This document shows, one piece after another, positions 20,731 to 31,501 of a stretch of 64,000 nt of DNA. The notes under the pieces were generated by a model. It was not told the DNA's origin. It made no database searches and worked only from the letters and a program-made list of their open reading frames with translations. The first letter of the stretch is position 1. Every line of letters starts with the position of its first letter. The DNA comes from Methanotrichaceae archaeon. Its GTDB lineage: Archaea; Halobacteriota; Methanosarcinia; Methanotrichales; Methanotrichaceae. Location of the stretch: assembly GCA_963813075.1 (NCBI GenBank), contig CAWEXU010000031.1, positions 192,001 to 256,000 on the forward strand. Direction: 5' to 3'. A program made the translations under genes and the position numbers.

Positions 20731-22233
20731 TCAAATCACCCCCATTTCAGATAAGGTTACAACCGGCTGCAATAGCTGGTTTGCTGCTGTGCCCATCATG
20801 TCGGTCATAAGACCGGGCTGCAGGCCGAAGAGCAGAGTGAGCAGAATGATCATGCTCATAGCGAACAGCTCATAGGCATGCGGATCATGTACATCCATAT
20901 ACTTCCTCAGAATCGGTCCGAACATGGCCTTCTGCATGGCCCAGAGATGATAGGCCGCAGTGATCACTATGCTCAGGAAGACCACTATCATGGTGTAGGT
21001 GGGAAGAGTGGCATAAGCTCCGGTGAGTGTCATGAACTCAGCCACAAATCCGCTCATGCCCGGCAGGCCCAAGGAGGCCATAAAGCCGGCCATCATGATA
21101 ACGGCAAACTTGGGCATCCGATCAGCCAGTCCACCCAGGTCTGCAATGATTCTGGTGCCGACAACGTGCTGAATGGTACCGGCGGACATGAAGAGGACGC
21201 ACGTGATTATGCCGTGGGAGAACTGCTGGAACATGGCTCCCTGGATGGATAATGGCACCAGGGCCACTGCTCCTAAAGTTACGAATCCCATGTGGCTGAC
21301 TGAGGAGTAGGCCACCAGCTTCTTGATGTCCTTTTGCGCCAGGGCCAGGAATGCTCCGTAGACGATGGAGATCACCGCAATGATGGCGATGATGGTCACG
21401 AAGATCTTGTCAACGCTGGGCAGCATGGGCACTATGATCCTGAAAAGACCGTACCCGCCCATCTTCAGCAGCAGTGCAGCAAGCACCACCGACCCTGCGG
21501 TCGGAGCCTCGACGTGGGCATCCGGCAGCCAGGTATGGAAGGGGAAGGCGGGCATCTTAACCAGGAACCCGAGCAGCAGTCCTGCGAAGATGATGTTCAG
21601 CAGGGCTGGCGGGAATATATCCGGGTTCTGGGTGGCCTTCAGGAGGGTCAGCATATCAAAGGTCCTCGATCCATCCGGCAGCTGGTAGGTGAAGTACAGA
21701 GCGAATATCGCCAGGAGCATCACCAGGCTGGCCACGTGGGTGTAGATGAAGAACTTGATTGCTGCATAGTCCTTTCTCGGTCCGCCCCATGATCCGATCA
21801 GGAAGAACATGGGTATGAGCACTATCTCCCAGAAGATGTAGAACAGGAAGAAGTCCAGTGCGGTAAACACTCCCAGCACTCCCACTTCATTTAAGAGAAG
21901 AAGGGCGAAGTACTGATTGGGCTTCTTTGTCTCTCCCCAGGAGTATATTATCACCAGTACGGTGACAATGGTGGAGAGGAGGACCAACGGGAATCCTATG
22001 CCATCGACGCCTAAAGTATACTTGACTCCGATGGAGGGAACCCAGTCGTAGCTCTCCACGAACTGCATCATAGTTGAGCTCTTATCGAACTCCATGTACA
22101 TCTGCAGGGATAACACCAGAGGTGCAAGGGAGGCGATCAGAGCCACGAATTTGGCCTTGGTGCCCACAAAGAAGGATACTATCGCTCCCAGCAAGGGAAG
22201 GAGTATCATCAACGAGAGCGCGTTTGAGATCAT
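20731..22233 (-). CDS. fpoM: Fpo complex subunit M
   Basis: FPFHTWLPDAHVEAPT, KLVAYSSVSHMG. Confidence 0.95.
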   Translation of the reverse strand: MISNALSLMILLPLLGAIVSFFVGTKAKFVALIASLAPLVLSLQMYMEFDKSSTMMQFVESYDWVPSIGVKYTLGVDGIGFPLVLLSTIVTVLVIIYSWGETKKPNQYFALLLLNEVGVLGVFTALDFFLFYIFWEIVLIPMFFLIGSWGGPRKDYAAIKFFIYTHVASLVMLLAIFALYFTYQLPDGSRTFDMLTLLKATQNPDIFPPALLNIIFAGLLLGFLVKMPAFPFHTWLPDAHVEAPTAGSVVLAALLLKMGGYGLFRIIVPMLPSVDKIFVTIIAIIAVISIVYGAFLALAQKDIKKLVAYSSVSHMGFVTLGAVALVPLSIQGAMFQQFSHGIITCVLFMSAGTIQHVVGTRIIADLGGLADRMPKFAVIMMAGFMASLGLPGMSGFVAEFMTLTGAYATLPTYTMIVVFLSIVITAAYHLWAMQKAMFGPILRKYMDVHDPHAYELFAMSMIILLTLLFGLQPGLMTDMMGTAANQLLQPVVTLSEMGVI

Positions 22234-24302
22234 ATCAGGCCCACCTCCATTAATAGCCTGATAGCAGCAATTGCAATCACCAGCACCACTATCCCTAGCA
22301 TTAAAGCTGTGACGTAGTTTTGCACCACGCCCGTCTGAACCTTTCTCACGTGACCTGCAAAGCCCATGACCCAGGCGCTAAGCCAGTTAAGCCAGCCGTC
22401 AACGATCTTGATGTCGATCGTATTGCTGATCAGAGCCGTGCCGTAGACTATGCCTTCAGATATCCAGCCGGTCATGATCTCATGCTGGTAGTAGCCTTTG
22501 AGCAGCATCTTTCTGATTGGATCTTTGTCGCCTGTCACCTGGCTGGGGTCAAACTTCTTGACGCGGTCCCAGTAGAACAGGGCTGCAATCAGAATGCCGC
22601 CTATGGCTATGAAGATCGGCAATATCTGAATGTACCAGGGCTCTCCGTGAGCTTCTTCGCCACCAGCTTCTCCTTCGCCAGCAGCACCGTGGCCTTCTTC
22701 AGCCTCGGCAGACGCATGCTCGCCTTCGGCAGGAGCACCGTGCTCTCCCAAAACCTCATGGCCTCCAATAAGGGCCAATTCGGCGAAGTTTACATCGACA
22801 CCAAACTTCTCCTCGTATTGCCCGAAATTGTCCCCAACATAATTATAGAAGCCTTCTTGGGCGACAAAGCCGAATGCCAGGGCAAATACCGCCAGAATCA
22901 CCAGCGGCCCGAGCATGACCCAGGGCGACTCGTGCTTTCCGTAGTTGGACCTCTCTTTGCCCGTGAATACAGAGAACCACATTCTAAAGGTGTATATGGC
23001 GGTGAGAACTGCTGCCAGCACCAGGAAGATGTAAGGCAGGAAGTTGATCGCCACACCGTACTCATAAGCGATCACTATGATCTCATCCTTGGAGAAGAAT
23101 CCCGTGAATAAGGGGAATCCGGCCAGGGATAGTGAGCCTATGAGCATGGTGTACATGGTCCACCTCATATACTTCCCGACGCCTCCCATCTCACGCATAT
23201 CGTTGGTATTGACGGCGTGAATCACAGAGCCGGCACAGAGGAAGAGCAGGGCCTTGAAGAATGAGTGGCCTATGAGGTGGAATATAGAAACTCCCACTGA
23301 AAAAGCTCCTACTGCTGCGCCTACTCCAAGACCGGCCATCATGAATCCGAGCTGAGAGACGGTCGAGAATGCCAGCACTCTCTTGATATCAAATGCAGTC
23401 AGTCCCATGGTTGCTGCAAATAATGCAGTGAATGCTCCGACAGCCGCTACCGCGGTAAGGCCGTGGGGGGCAGCATAGAATAATGGGAACATTCGGGCTA
23501 CGAGATAGACGCCGGCGGTAACCATCGTCGCCGCATGGATCATGGCGGAGACGGTAGTTGGACCCTCCATGGCATCAGGAAGCCAGACATGCAGGGGGAA
23601 CTGACCTGACTTGCCCACTGCACCTCCCAAAAAGCCAAGGGCAATGAGGGTCAACTGATCAGGTGGTATCAGGGCGAGATTGGCATAAATCACCGGGAAC
23701 TGCAGGAGATATTCTCCCGGGTTGAGGGTGAGGTTCAGGCTGGCCAGATTATTGTAAAGCAGGATTATGGCCGCCAGGAACATGACGTCGCCCACACGGG
23801 TGGTAAGGAATGCCTTCTTGGCTGCAGCTGCGGCAGAAGGCTTGCGGTACCAGAATCCTATCAGGAGATAGGAGCACAGACCCACCAGCTCCCAGAATAT
23901 GAAGAGCTGAAGGATATTATCGGCATAAATCAGGCCCAGCATGGAAGCAGTGAAGAGGGCAGCTTCAGCAAAGTACCTGTTAGCACCCGGATCACCGTTC
24001 ATGTATCCATTGGCATAGGTGTGGATCAGCATAACCACAAATGTGACCATGAGAAGCATCACCAGAGCCAGAGGATCTATCAGTATGCCCACATTGAAAT
24101 CGCCAAACCAGCGCATCGACTGATGGACAATTCCAAGGGGATAGATCTCCTGAAATATTCCCAGAGATATAACCAGGCCGCCTAAAGTTGCCAAAACGGT
24201 GAGGAACCCGCCCCCTCTGGGCAGGCGCGACCCTATGAATAGGCACAGCACAAATGCCAGTACAGGCAGCCCAACAATCAGGTAAGCTAAATCGGAATAC
24301 AA
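22230..24302 (-). CDS. fpoL: Fpo complex subunit L
   Basis: GKSGQFPLHVWLPDAMEGPT, HAATMVTAG. Confidence 0.95.
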   Translation of the reverse strand: MYSDLAYLIVGLPVLAFVLCLFIGSRLPRGGGFLTVLATLGGLVISLGIFQEIYPLGIVHQSMRWFGDFNVGILIDPLALVMLLMVTFVVMLIHTYANGYMNGDPGANRYFAEAALFTASMLGLIYADNILQLFIFWELVGLCSYLLIGFWYRKPSAAAAAKKAFLTTRVGDVMFLAAIILLYNNLASLNLTLNPGEYLLQFPVIYANLALIPPDQLTLIALGFLGGAVGKSGQFPLHVWLPDAMEGPTTVSAMIHAATMVTAGVYLVARMFPLFYAAPHGLTAVAAVGAFTALFAATMGLTAFDIKRVLAFSTVSQLGFMMAGLGVGAAVGAFSVGVSIFHLIGHSFFKALLFLCAGSVIHAVNTNDMREMGGVGKYMRWTMYTMLIGSLSLAGFPLFTGFFSKDEIIVIAYEYGVAINFLPYIFLVLAAVLTAIYTFRMWFSVFTGKERSNYGKHESPWVMLGPLVILAVFALAFGFVAQEGFYNYVGDNFGQYEEKFGVDVNFAELALIGGHEVLGEHGAPAEGEHASAEAEEGHGAAGEGEAGGEEAHGEPWYIQILPIFIAIGGILIAALFYWDRVKKFDPSQVTGDKDPIRKMLLKGYYQHEIMTGWISEGIVYGTALISNTIDIKIVDGWLNWLSAWVMGFAGHVRKVQTGVVQNYVTALMLGIVVLVIAIAAIRLLMEVGLI

Positions 24303-24305
24303 AGA

Positions 24306-24608
24306 CTACCACCTCATGGTGTTGATGTTGTCCAGGTCAATGGTTCCGTATAGCCTGTATAGTGCGATCAATATAGCAAATCCAACGCCTGCTTCAGCCG
24401 CTGCCAGCGCTATGGAGAACAGGGCGAATACCTGCCCGTTCATATTAGGCTGGTAGGCTGAGAAGGCAACAAGATTGATGTTGGCGCTATTGAGCAGCAA
24501 CTCGATGCACATCATCAGCTTGACTCCGTTCTTTTGTGTGACGAGGCCGTACAAGCCGATGGTGAACATGATGGATGCCAGCAATATGTAAAGCTCCAAC
24601 GGTATCAT
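24306..24608 (-). CDS. fpoK: Fpo complex subunit K
   Basis: [19 protein letters not shown]. Confidence 0.95.
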   Translation of the reverse strand: MIPLELYILLASIMFTIGLYGLVTQKNGVKLMMCIELLLNSANINLVAFSAYQPNMNGQVFALFSIALAAAEAGVGFAILIALYRLYGTIDLDNINTMRW

Positions 24609-24646
24609 CGGTAAATTTCCCTCCTTGTCATTCTCTGTCGCCCTCC

Positions 24647-24910
24647 CTAGGCGTCCTCCTTTCTTGCCACCCAGATCGCTCCGACCAGGGCTGCGGTCAG
24701 GACCAAAGCCAGAATCTCAAAGGAGAAGACATAGATGGTGAAGATCTCAAATCCTATGTCTCCAATGCCGCTCTCAGGCAGATTCTTTCCTTCTGCAGGA
24801 ACATAGCTGAGCGGGTGGTCTGTGGCCGGTCCCCAATCGGTAACTGAAAGCGAGGCCACCAGGGCAGCAAGGAAGGCCAGGGTCAGTATAATAAGCTTAA
24901 ATTTCGCCAT
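24647..24910 (-). CDS. fpoJ2: Fpo complex subunit J2
   Basis: [24 protein letters not shown] (NuoJ C-half). Confidence 0.85.
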   Translation of the reverse strand: MAKFKLIILTLAFLAALVASLSVTDWGPATDHPLSYVPAEGKNLPESGIGDIGFEIFTIYVFSFEILALVLTAALVGAIWVARKEDA

Positions 24911-25325
24911 GGGACTCCTCCATAATCGTCCTCCTGGTGAGCATCACAGCGAAGAGTATCAGAACTCCCACTGCACCAATGTAAACCAGGATCTGAGCCA
25001 CACCCACGAATGGGGCATTCATGAATATGTAAAGCGCTGCCACACCGGCAAAGGTTCCGAGCAAGTAAAGAGCGCTATGCACAATATTCTTGGCCAGGAC
25101 GGTCAGCGCCGACAAAAGGACTATGATTGCGGCTATGGCAAAGAATGCCAAAAGCTCTATGGCAAAGCGGATATCGTAGTCCAGCAGCCTGTCCAGTATC
25201 GTCTTGGACCAGGGGGACAGAAATACTATCACCGCCAGTCCGCCGAAGATGACTCCGAGGCCAAGCAAAAGCACCAGCAGCTCGAATATGCTGCGAATTA
25301 CATTTGTTTTGAGCTTTTCCGCCAT
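24897..25325 (-). CDS. fpoJ1: Fpo complex subunit J1
   Basis: HSALYL, AQILVYIGAVGVLILFAVMLT (NuoJ N-half). Confidence 0.88.
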   Translation of the reverse strand: MAEKLKTNVIRSIFELLVLLLGLGVIFGGLAVIVFLSPWSKTILDRLLDYDIRFAIELLAFFAIAAIIVLLSALTVLAKNIVHSALYLLGTFAGVAALYIFMNAPFVGVAQILVYIGAVGVLILFAVMLTRRTIMEESHGEI

Positions 25326-25909
25326 CAGGAAGCACCTCCTTCCTCAGGCTTTGCCTCTGCCTTCTTTTTCTTTTCTGCACCTGCTCCCTCTTTGGCCGGC
25401 TTCTTCTCGCCTGCGGCTGCACCCTCTTTTGCCGCAGCCTTCTTGGCAGCGGCCTTCTCAGCCGCTATCCTCTTAGCCTCGGCCTCCAGGTCTGCCACCT
25501 CTTTAGGTGTGAACCTCTTGGTCGCCAGGAAATCAGGACTCTTCACGATGTCCTTTCTTTCCCAGCCAGCCATAACGACCTTCTTTCCCATCTTCAGGCA
25601 TTCGACCGGGCACTCGTCCACGCAAAGTCCGCAGAACATGCATCTTCCGAAATCAATTTGCGGAAACTGCATCTTCTTGTTCTTGAGGGGACTTCCGAAC
25701 TTGAAGTGCACCATCTCAATGCAGCTGTTGGGACAGACTCTGGCGCATGTGCCGCAGCCAATGCATATGGTGGCATCCAGCTCATGAATCCCTCTCTCTG
25801 CATCAGGCAGCTCCATCATGAACTCGGGATAGAGTCTGGTGACTTCTATCTCCCGCGAGGCGGTCTTCAAAGGCCAGGTGAAGTTCTTTATCATCTTTCT
25901 CTTCAACAT
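25325..25909 (-). CDS. fpoI: Fpo complex subunit I with Lys/Ala-rich tail
   Basis: two CxxCxxCxxxCP motifs. Confidence 0.95.
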   Translation of the reverse strand: MLKRKMIKNFTWPLKTASREIEVTRLYPEFMMELPDAERGIHELDATICIGCGTCARVCPNSCIEMVHFKFGSPLKNKKMQFPQIDFGRCMFCGLCVDECPVECLKMGKKVVMAGWERKDIVKSPDFLATKRFTPKEVADLEAEAKRIAAEKAAAKKAAAKEGAAAGEKKPAKEGAGAEKKKKAEAKPEEGGAS

Positions 25910-25921
25910 CTCACAGCCACC

Positions 25922-26974
25922 TCATGCAAAGTATGTGCCCACTATTACTGCCCATGCCAGATTCACTATGGATAAAGGCAGCATCCATTTCCAGCCCAGG
26001 TCAGTCACCTGATCTATTCTCAAACGGAAGAGAGCAGCTCTTATCAATATTATGAACCAGATAACGATAATAACCTTCATGAGCAGCCAGATCAAAGGCG
26101 ATACCATGTCCAGAAGGGGTATGGGTATAATCGGTCCATGCCATCCGCCCAGGAACAGGAGCGAGACCAGAATGGATCCCAAGAGGAAGTTGTTGTACTC
26201 CTGGAAGTATATCAGACCCCATCTGATACCGCTGTACTCGGTGCTGTAGCCGCAGATGATCTCCTCTTCTGCCTCGCTCTGGTCGAATGGGACTCTTCCC
26301 AGGTCGGTTACCAGGGCGATCATGAAGATGACAAATCCCAGAGGCTGGGCAAATGCATACCAGACGGTCTGGCTCTCCACGATCTCCACCAGGTTGAGGC
26401 TATGGGCCATGATAGCCACCGATATGACGCAAACGCCCATCGGAACCTCATAGGCAATCATCCTGGCAATGCCTCGGAAAGCTCCGAGGATGGAGTACTT
26501 ATTGTTCGAGCTGTACCCGGCCATGAAAACGGCGATGGACATGATGCTAAGAGCTGCTTCCACATAAAAAGCGCTGATATCCATATTGGCGACTACCAGG
26601 GGGTAGTTTTTGCCGCCTATATGCAGTGCTCCAAATGGTATGGCTGCAGCCACCAGCATGGTGCCGGCAGAAGCAATGATAGGAGCCCAGACATAGACCC
26701 CCTTATCGACTCCTGCTGGTATGACATCCTCTTTGGTGAACAGCTTTATGGCATCAGCACCCAGCTGAAGTATACCCCATCTGCCACCCACCCGGTTGGG
26801 GCCAAACCGGTTGCAGAAATCGCTCATTACCTTTCTGTCTGCCCAGATTACCAGCATGGCGCCCACATTGATCACGGCAGAAAGCACCGCTGCGCCGATT
26901 ATGCCTATGATCAGGGCGAATATCGCCGGCTCCTGGGCGGCAAATTGAGTGATGGTATCTATTATTCCGTCCAA
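25922..26974 (-). CDS. fpoH: Fpo complex subunit H
   Basis: GPNRVG, ADAIKLFTKE, RVPFD..EAEEE. Confidence 0.95.
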   Translation of the reverse strand: MDGIIDTITQFAAQEPAIFALIIGIIGAAVLSAVINVGAMLVIWADRKVMSDFCNRFGPNRVGGRWGILQLGADAIKLFTKEDVIPAGVDKGVYVWAPIIASAGTMLVAAAIPFGALHIGGKNYPLVVANMDISAFYVEAALSIMSIAVFMAGYSSNNKYSILGAFRGIARMIAYEVPMGVCVISVAIMAHSLNLVEIVESQTVWYAFAQPLGFVIFMIALVTDLGRVPFDQSEAEEEIICGYSTEYSGIRWGLIYFQEYNNFLLGSILVSLLFLGGWHGPIIPIPLLDMVSPLIWLLMKVIIVIWFIILIRAALFRLRIDQVTDLGWKWMLPLSIVNLAWAVIVGTYFA

Positions 26975-26986
26975 ATCCTCTCCCTC

Positions 26987-28700
26987 CTACCTGTCAGATT
27001 CAGATGGGCAGCCGTCCATGCTTCCGGCAATTGCCACCGCATCCGCTATGTATACTCCCTCAAGAAGCGGAGTCAAAGTCTGGAATGTAGCATAGAAAGG
27101 CCCTCTTACCTTCACCCGGTATGGCTTGTCGCCCCCATCGCTGATGACATACATTCCCATCTCGCCACGTGGGTCCTCGACCCGATAGTAGGCCTCGCCT
27201 GCGGGAACCTTCTTGGGAATCTTGGCTTCGGTCTTTATCGGTCCGGAGGGAATTTTATCCAGACATTGCTCTATGATGTGAATGCTCTCCAGCATCTCTC
27301 TTAGAGTGCAATCGATTCTGTCTGCCGAATCACCACGGGTTCCTGTGACCACCTTGAAGTCAAGCTCCGGATAGACCAGGATGGGATCCTCCACTCTCAT
27401 GTCATAAGAAACACCCGCAGCCCTCAGCACCCTTCCTGCGCAGCCAATGCGCCTGGCAGTCTCGGGCGATATGGAGCCGATGTTCTCCATCCTGGCATGG
27501 TAGATGGGATCCTGAGCGAAGAGCTCAATGAACTCCTCGATCCTGGATTTCATGTAGGGCAGGACCTTTCGGCACTGCTCGTCAAAGCCTTCGGGAAGGT
27601 CGTTTCTTACCCCTCCAAAGCGGACGAATGTGTGAGTCAGCCTGGCTCCGGTGACGCTCTCGATCAAAGAGATGATCTTCTCTCTGTCCATGATCATGTA
27701 CTGCCAGGGAGCAAAGCCTACGCCAGCGATCAGAGTGAGGAACTCGCCGGTGCCTATCAGGTGGCTCTGGATTCTGGAGAGCTCCTCCAAGATGACCCGG
27801 ATGTATTGCGCCCTCAGGGGAACCTCAAGGCCCAAAATCCTTTCCACCGCTCCACAGTAGCACTCGTTGTTGCTCAGGGAGGCGACGTAGCACATCCTGT
27901 CGGTATAGGTTATCCCCTGGAGCCAGGTTCTGTTCTCCATGATCTTTTCGATGCCCTTGTGGATATAGCCGATATCGAGGAAGGCCTTCTTTACCCTCTC
28001 TCCTTCAACCAGTATATCGAGCAGAAAAGGACCGGGAACCATGGCATGCTGGGGACCCAAGATGCATGATCATCTCCGAATCGGATTTGATATGGGCCTC
28101 CTCTCTCTCCCGGAATGTGGGATATTTGGGCCTCTCGGTTACCACTGTCCCCGCCTCGATCTCGGCAGGAGTGGGCGGGAAGTAGTATTCGGTATAGCCC
28201 TCCGGAGTGGTGATCTGCACCGCCCTCTCTCCAGTGGTCAGGTCAGGATAGCCCTTGAAATCCTTTCTCCAGGGCCAGGACCCAACTAATGGATCGGACA
28301 GGAGAAGTGGATACAGCTCTGGGTGGCCTTCGAAGTTGATGCCAAGCATCTCCCAGATCTCTCTCTCGTACCAGTTGGCATTCCAGTACATGTTGACCAG
28401 GGAAGGAACGGATGGATTGTCACGTGGCGTTTTGACCTTCAGCATGGCCACCACTTTATGGGCTCCATAGCTGGCCATGATCTCGACGACTTCCATCTCA
28501 TTTCTGGCGATCCAGTCGACTCCTGCTGAACCTGCATAGTGGTCGAAACCGAGCTTATCGGTCATGTACTTGCATACATCCAGGATCTTCTTGGAGTCGA
28601 TTGTGGCCCATAGCCTGCTGTCCGACTCCACTCTGCCGTCTGAGACCGCTCCAGGAAAGGCGGACTGGATCGAGCTTAAGACCTCGCTTGCATTTGTCAA
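26987..28700 (-). CDS. fpoCD: Fpo subunits C and D, apparently one fused ORF with a frameshift near 28055
   Basis: ANWYEREIWEMLGI (C) runs to MIMHLG, then PQHAMVPG...GYIHKGIEK (D) in the next frame. Confidence 0.85.
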
Positions 28701-28714
28701 GAAAAGATCCCTCC

Positions 28715-29287
28715 TTAATAGTCTCGCAGGTCCTTGCGCTGCTTGATCTTTTCCTGGAGATTCATGAGCCCCTCAAGGAACTGCTCAGGGCGTGGCGGAC
28801 ATCCGGGGATGTAGACATCAATGGGGAAATGGTCACCTGTGTTCTGCACGATGTTGTAGGAATCGTAGAACGGCCCACCGGATATGGCACACTCGCCTAT
28901 GGCTATGCACCATTTGGGCTCAGGCATATTCTCCCACAGGTTCTTGAATACCGGCAGGTACTTCCGGGTCAAGTAACCGGAGATGATCATCACGTCCGTT
29001 TGGCGAGGGGTGTTTCTGGGGATGCATCCAAATCGGTCGCTGTCATAGGGTGCAGCTCCGAAGACGAACATCTCCACACCACAGCAGCCCATGGGCTGCA
29101 TTAAAAAGTATACCGAGTTCTTTCTGCCCCAGTTGAAGATATTCTTGATGGGCCCCATCTGGATGATCTCATGGATCTTCTCAGTGGTGGTGAACCAGAC
29201 CTCAGTTACAGGCTGGCCGAATATGGTCCACTTCTCAATCTCCTCATCGATACATACAGGCACGGGTATGACATCGCTTATACCCAA
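28715..29287 (-). CDS. fpoB: Fpo complex subunit B
   Basis: GCCGVEM, GECAISGG, YIPGCPPRPE. Confidence 0.95.
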   Translation of the reverse strand: MGISDVIPVPVCIDEEIEKWTIFGQPVTEVWFTTTEKIHEIIQMGPIKNIFNWGRKNSVYFLMQPMGCCGVEMFVFGAAPYDSDRFGCIPRNTPRQTDVMIISGYLTRKYLPVFKNLWENMPEPKWCIAIGECAISGGPFYDSYNIVQNTGDHFPIDVYIPGCPPRPEQFLEGLMNLQEKIKQRKDLRDY

Positions 29288-29682
29288 CGCAAAGCCTCCT
29301 TCTTGATTGCATAAATCAGTCCAACCAGCAATACAATGATGAATAGGAGCATCTCGAAGACGGCAATATTCATAGATCCGAAGACCATGAACTTTTGCAT
29401 GGCTTCGTTCGCGTAGACATAGATCCAGGGGTATAAGAATAAAACCTCAACATCGAATATCACAAAAACGATAGCGAAAAGGTAATATTGAACACTATAC
29501 TGGATCTTGGCGTCGCGGATTGGTTTTAGCCCTCCTTCGTATATCGATAGCTTTTGACGGCTAGGTCTATTCGGCGCTATGATTTTTATAGCTGCCAGAG
29601 CCGCAATGGGCACTATGGCTCCCATTATCAAAAATATAATAAGTGGTATATAATAAACCACTGCCATCGGTTCGCCGGCCAT
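29278..29682 (-). CDS. fpoA: Fpo complex subunit A
   Basis: YEGG, YYLFAIVFVIFDVEVLFLYPW. Confidence 0.95.
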   Translation of the reverse strand: MAGEPMAVVYYIPLIIFLIMGAIVPIAALAAIKIIAPNRPSRQKLSIYEGGLKPIRDAKIQYSVQYYLFAIVFVIFDVEVLFLYPWIYVYANEAMQKFMVFGSMNIAVFEMLLFIIVLLVGLIYAIKKEALRWV

Positions 29683-29815
29683 TGTTTATCCTCCGTAAAA
29701 GCTAAACATAAGGCCTGGTATAAAAGGTTTATGAGAAAAAATTTCGCGTTGCATAAGTTCAATCACAATTTTCCTGGACTATTTGACAGATATTATCATA
29801 ATTAAGGTGAATAAA

Positions 29816-30751
29816 ATGGACACGGTACATCAGCTGGAGATCAAGCCGGGGATGAGCATAGATCTTCTGGTCAGGGGATGGAGTCAATGCGGCTTTGGGG
29901 CGAGAAGGCTGTCCCAGGCAGCGGACATATACGAAAGGATGCTTTCTGGAGATTTTACAAAATTTCTCACTCTTTCCGGAGCGATGGTCCCGGCGGGGAT
30001 GAGGCATGTGGTCTCAGATCTGATTCGGGGCGGCCACGTGGATGTGCTGGTGACAACCGGAGCAAACCTGGTGCATGATATAATAGAGTCCTTCAGCTGC
30101 CACTCCCTCGGATGTGCCGAATCGGATGACTCCTCACTCCGAGCTTTGGGGGTGAGCCGGATCTATGATGTATTCATCAGGGACGAGGATTTCGTGGCCT
30201 TCGAGGAGCTGATGCAGAGCATTCTCCCGGAAAGCGCTGAAGCTATCTCCGGCAGAGAGCTATTGAAGATCCTGGGCAGCCGGATAAGTGATGAGCGGTC
30301 CATATTGCGCTCGGCATACGACATGAATGTGCCCGTATTCTGTCCCGCTCTGCCCGACTCCATGATCGGCCTGCAGGCCTGGATGTTCAGCCAGACGAAA
30401 AAGCTCTCTGTGGACGCTTTGCCGATATCAGAGGAGATCGTCGACATCTGCTACAACAGCCAGAGGTCGGGGATAGTGATCGTGGGAGGAGGGGTCCCCA
30501 AAAATTTCACCCTGCAGTCCATGCTCGTCACTCCCAATACCTTTGATCTCGCGATTCAGCTGACCACGGATACCCCGGAGAACGGAGGCCTGTCCGGAGC
30601 AACGCTGTCCGAGGCCATCTCCTGGGGCAAGATATCGGAGAGTGCGAGCTATGTGACGGTTTACGGGGACGCGACCATTACCCTGCCTTTGATGGTGGGG
30701 GCGGCGCTGGAGAGGCTGAAAAATAAGGAGAATGCGGGAATTGAGCAATGA
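29816..30751 (+). CDS. dys: deoxyhypusine synthase
   Basis: SGAMVPAG, TTGANLVHD, GGGVPKN, GGLSGATLSEAISWGK. Confidence 0.95.
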   Translation: MDTVHQLEIKPGMSIDLLVRGWSQCGFGARRLSQAADIYERMLSGDFTKFLTLSGAMVPAGMRHVVSDLIRGGHVDVLVTTGANLVHDIIESFSCHSLGCAESDDSSLRALGVSRIYDVFIRDEDFVAFEELMQSILPESAEAISGRELLKILGSRISDERSILRSAYDMNVPVFCPALPDSMIGLQAWMFSQTKKLSVDALPISEEIVDICYNSQRSGIVIVGGGVPKNFTLQSMLVTPNTFDLAIQLTTDTPENGGLSGATLSEAISWGKISESASYVTVYGDATITLPLMVGAALERLKNKENAGIEQ

Positions 30752-31501
30752 TCTGATCGATCCGAGCAATCTGCTCTTAACGGAGCTGGAGGCCCTGCAG
30801 ATCGATGCCCTGAAGGAGGCGCAAAGCAGGGGGATGAAGATCCTGTACATCAGCTGCGTCGGCTCCCACATGTGGGGGATGGAAAACGAGGAGAGCGATA
30901 TAGACCTGGTGATGATCTACGTCGTCCCCACCAGGAGAATCCTGCGAGGGGAGAAGTTCCCGGCCACCATCCGCCAGGAGATGGCCGCGAGAGAGGGAGG
31001 GATCTATGATACCCTGGGCTGGGAGATCGGCCACCTCATCGACCTGCTGATCAAAGGAAACGTCAATGCCATCTGGTATGCCACCAGCCCCCTGGTCAGT
31101 TTTGCCCTCTCCCGTTCAGGAGGAGCTATCGGCTCTCGTGCAGGCCAACCTCTGCCGGGAGAGCTATCATTCCATAAAAGGGATGGCGGAAAGCCAGATC
31201 AAATCCGAGACCGGGCAGCTTAAAATGACTGGTGCCGGGTTGGTCAAAAGGCCGGGCAAAGGATACCGCACCGCTCTGAGGACCATCAACTTCGGAATCA
31301 AGGCTCCTGAGAGAGGCCCGGATTAGCTTTGAGCCGGTAATGCATGATCCACTTTCTGAAGAGGTAAAAGAGGGGATGGATCAGCTGGATGAGGCATACA
31401 GGCAAAGCATGCTGCCCGATCTGCCCGACGAGGATCAATTCCGCGATTTTCTCCTGCGGCGGCGGTTGGAAGAGATGAATGAAGATGCCGGAAAGGAATG
31501 A
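30732..31501 (+). CDS. Pol-beta-family nucleotidyltransferase (YcgL/RlaP-like), two frameshifts
   Basis: VGSHMWG...SDIDL, WEIG...KGN; last frame ends LPDLPDEDQFRDFLLRRRLE. Confidence 0.7.

Noticed and set aside
4100..27304. Long antisense ORFs (e.g. 4100-4942, 22320-23111, 24822-25787, 26138-27304)
   Set aside because: Shadows of well-supported genes on the opposite strand
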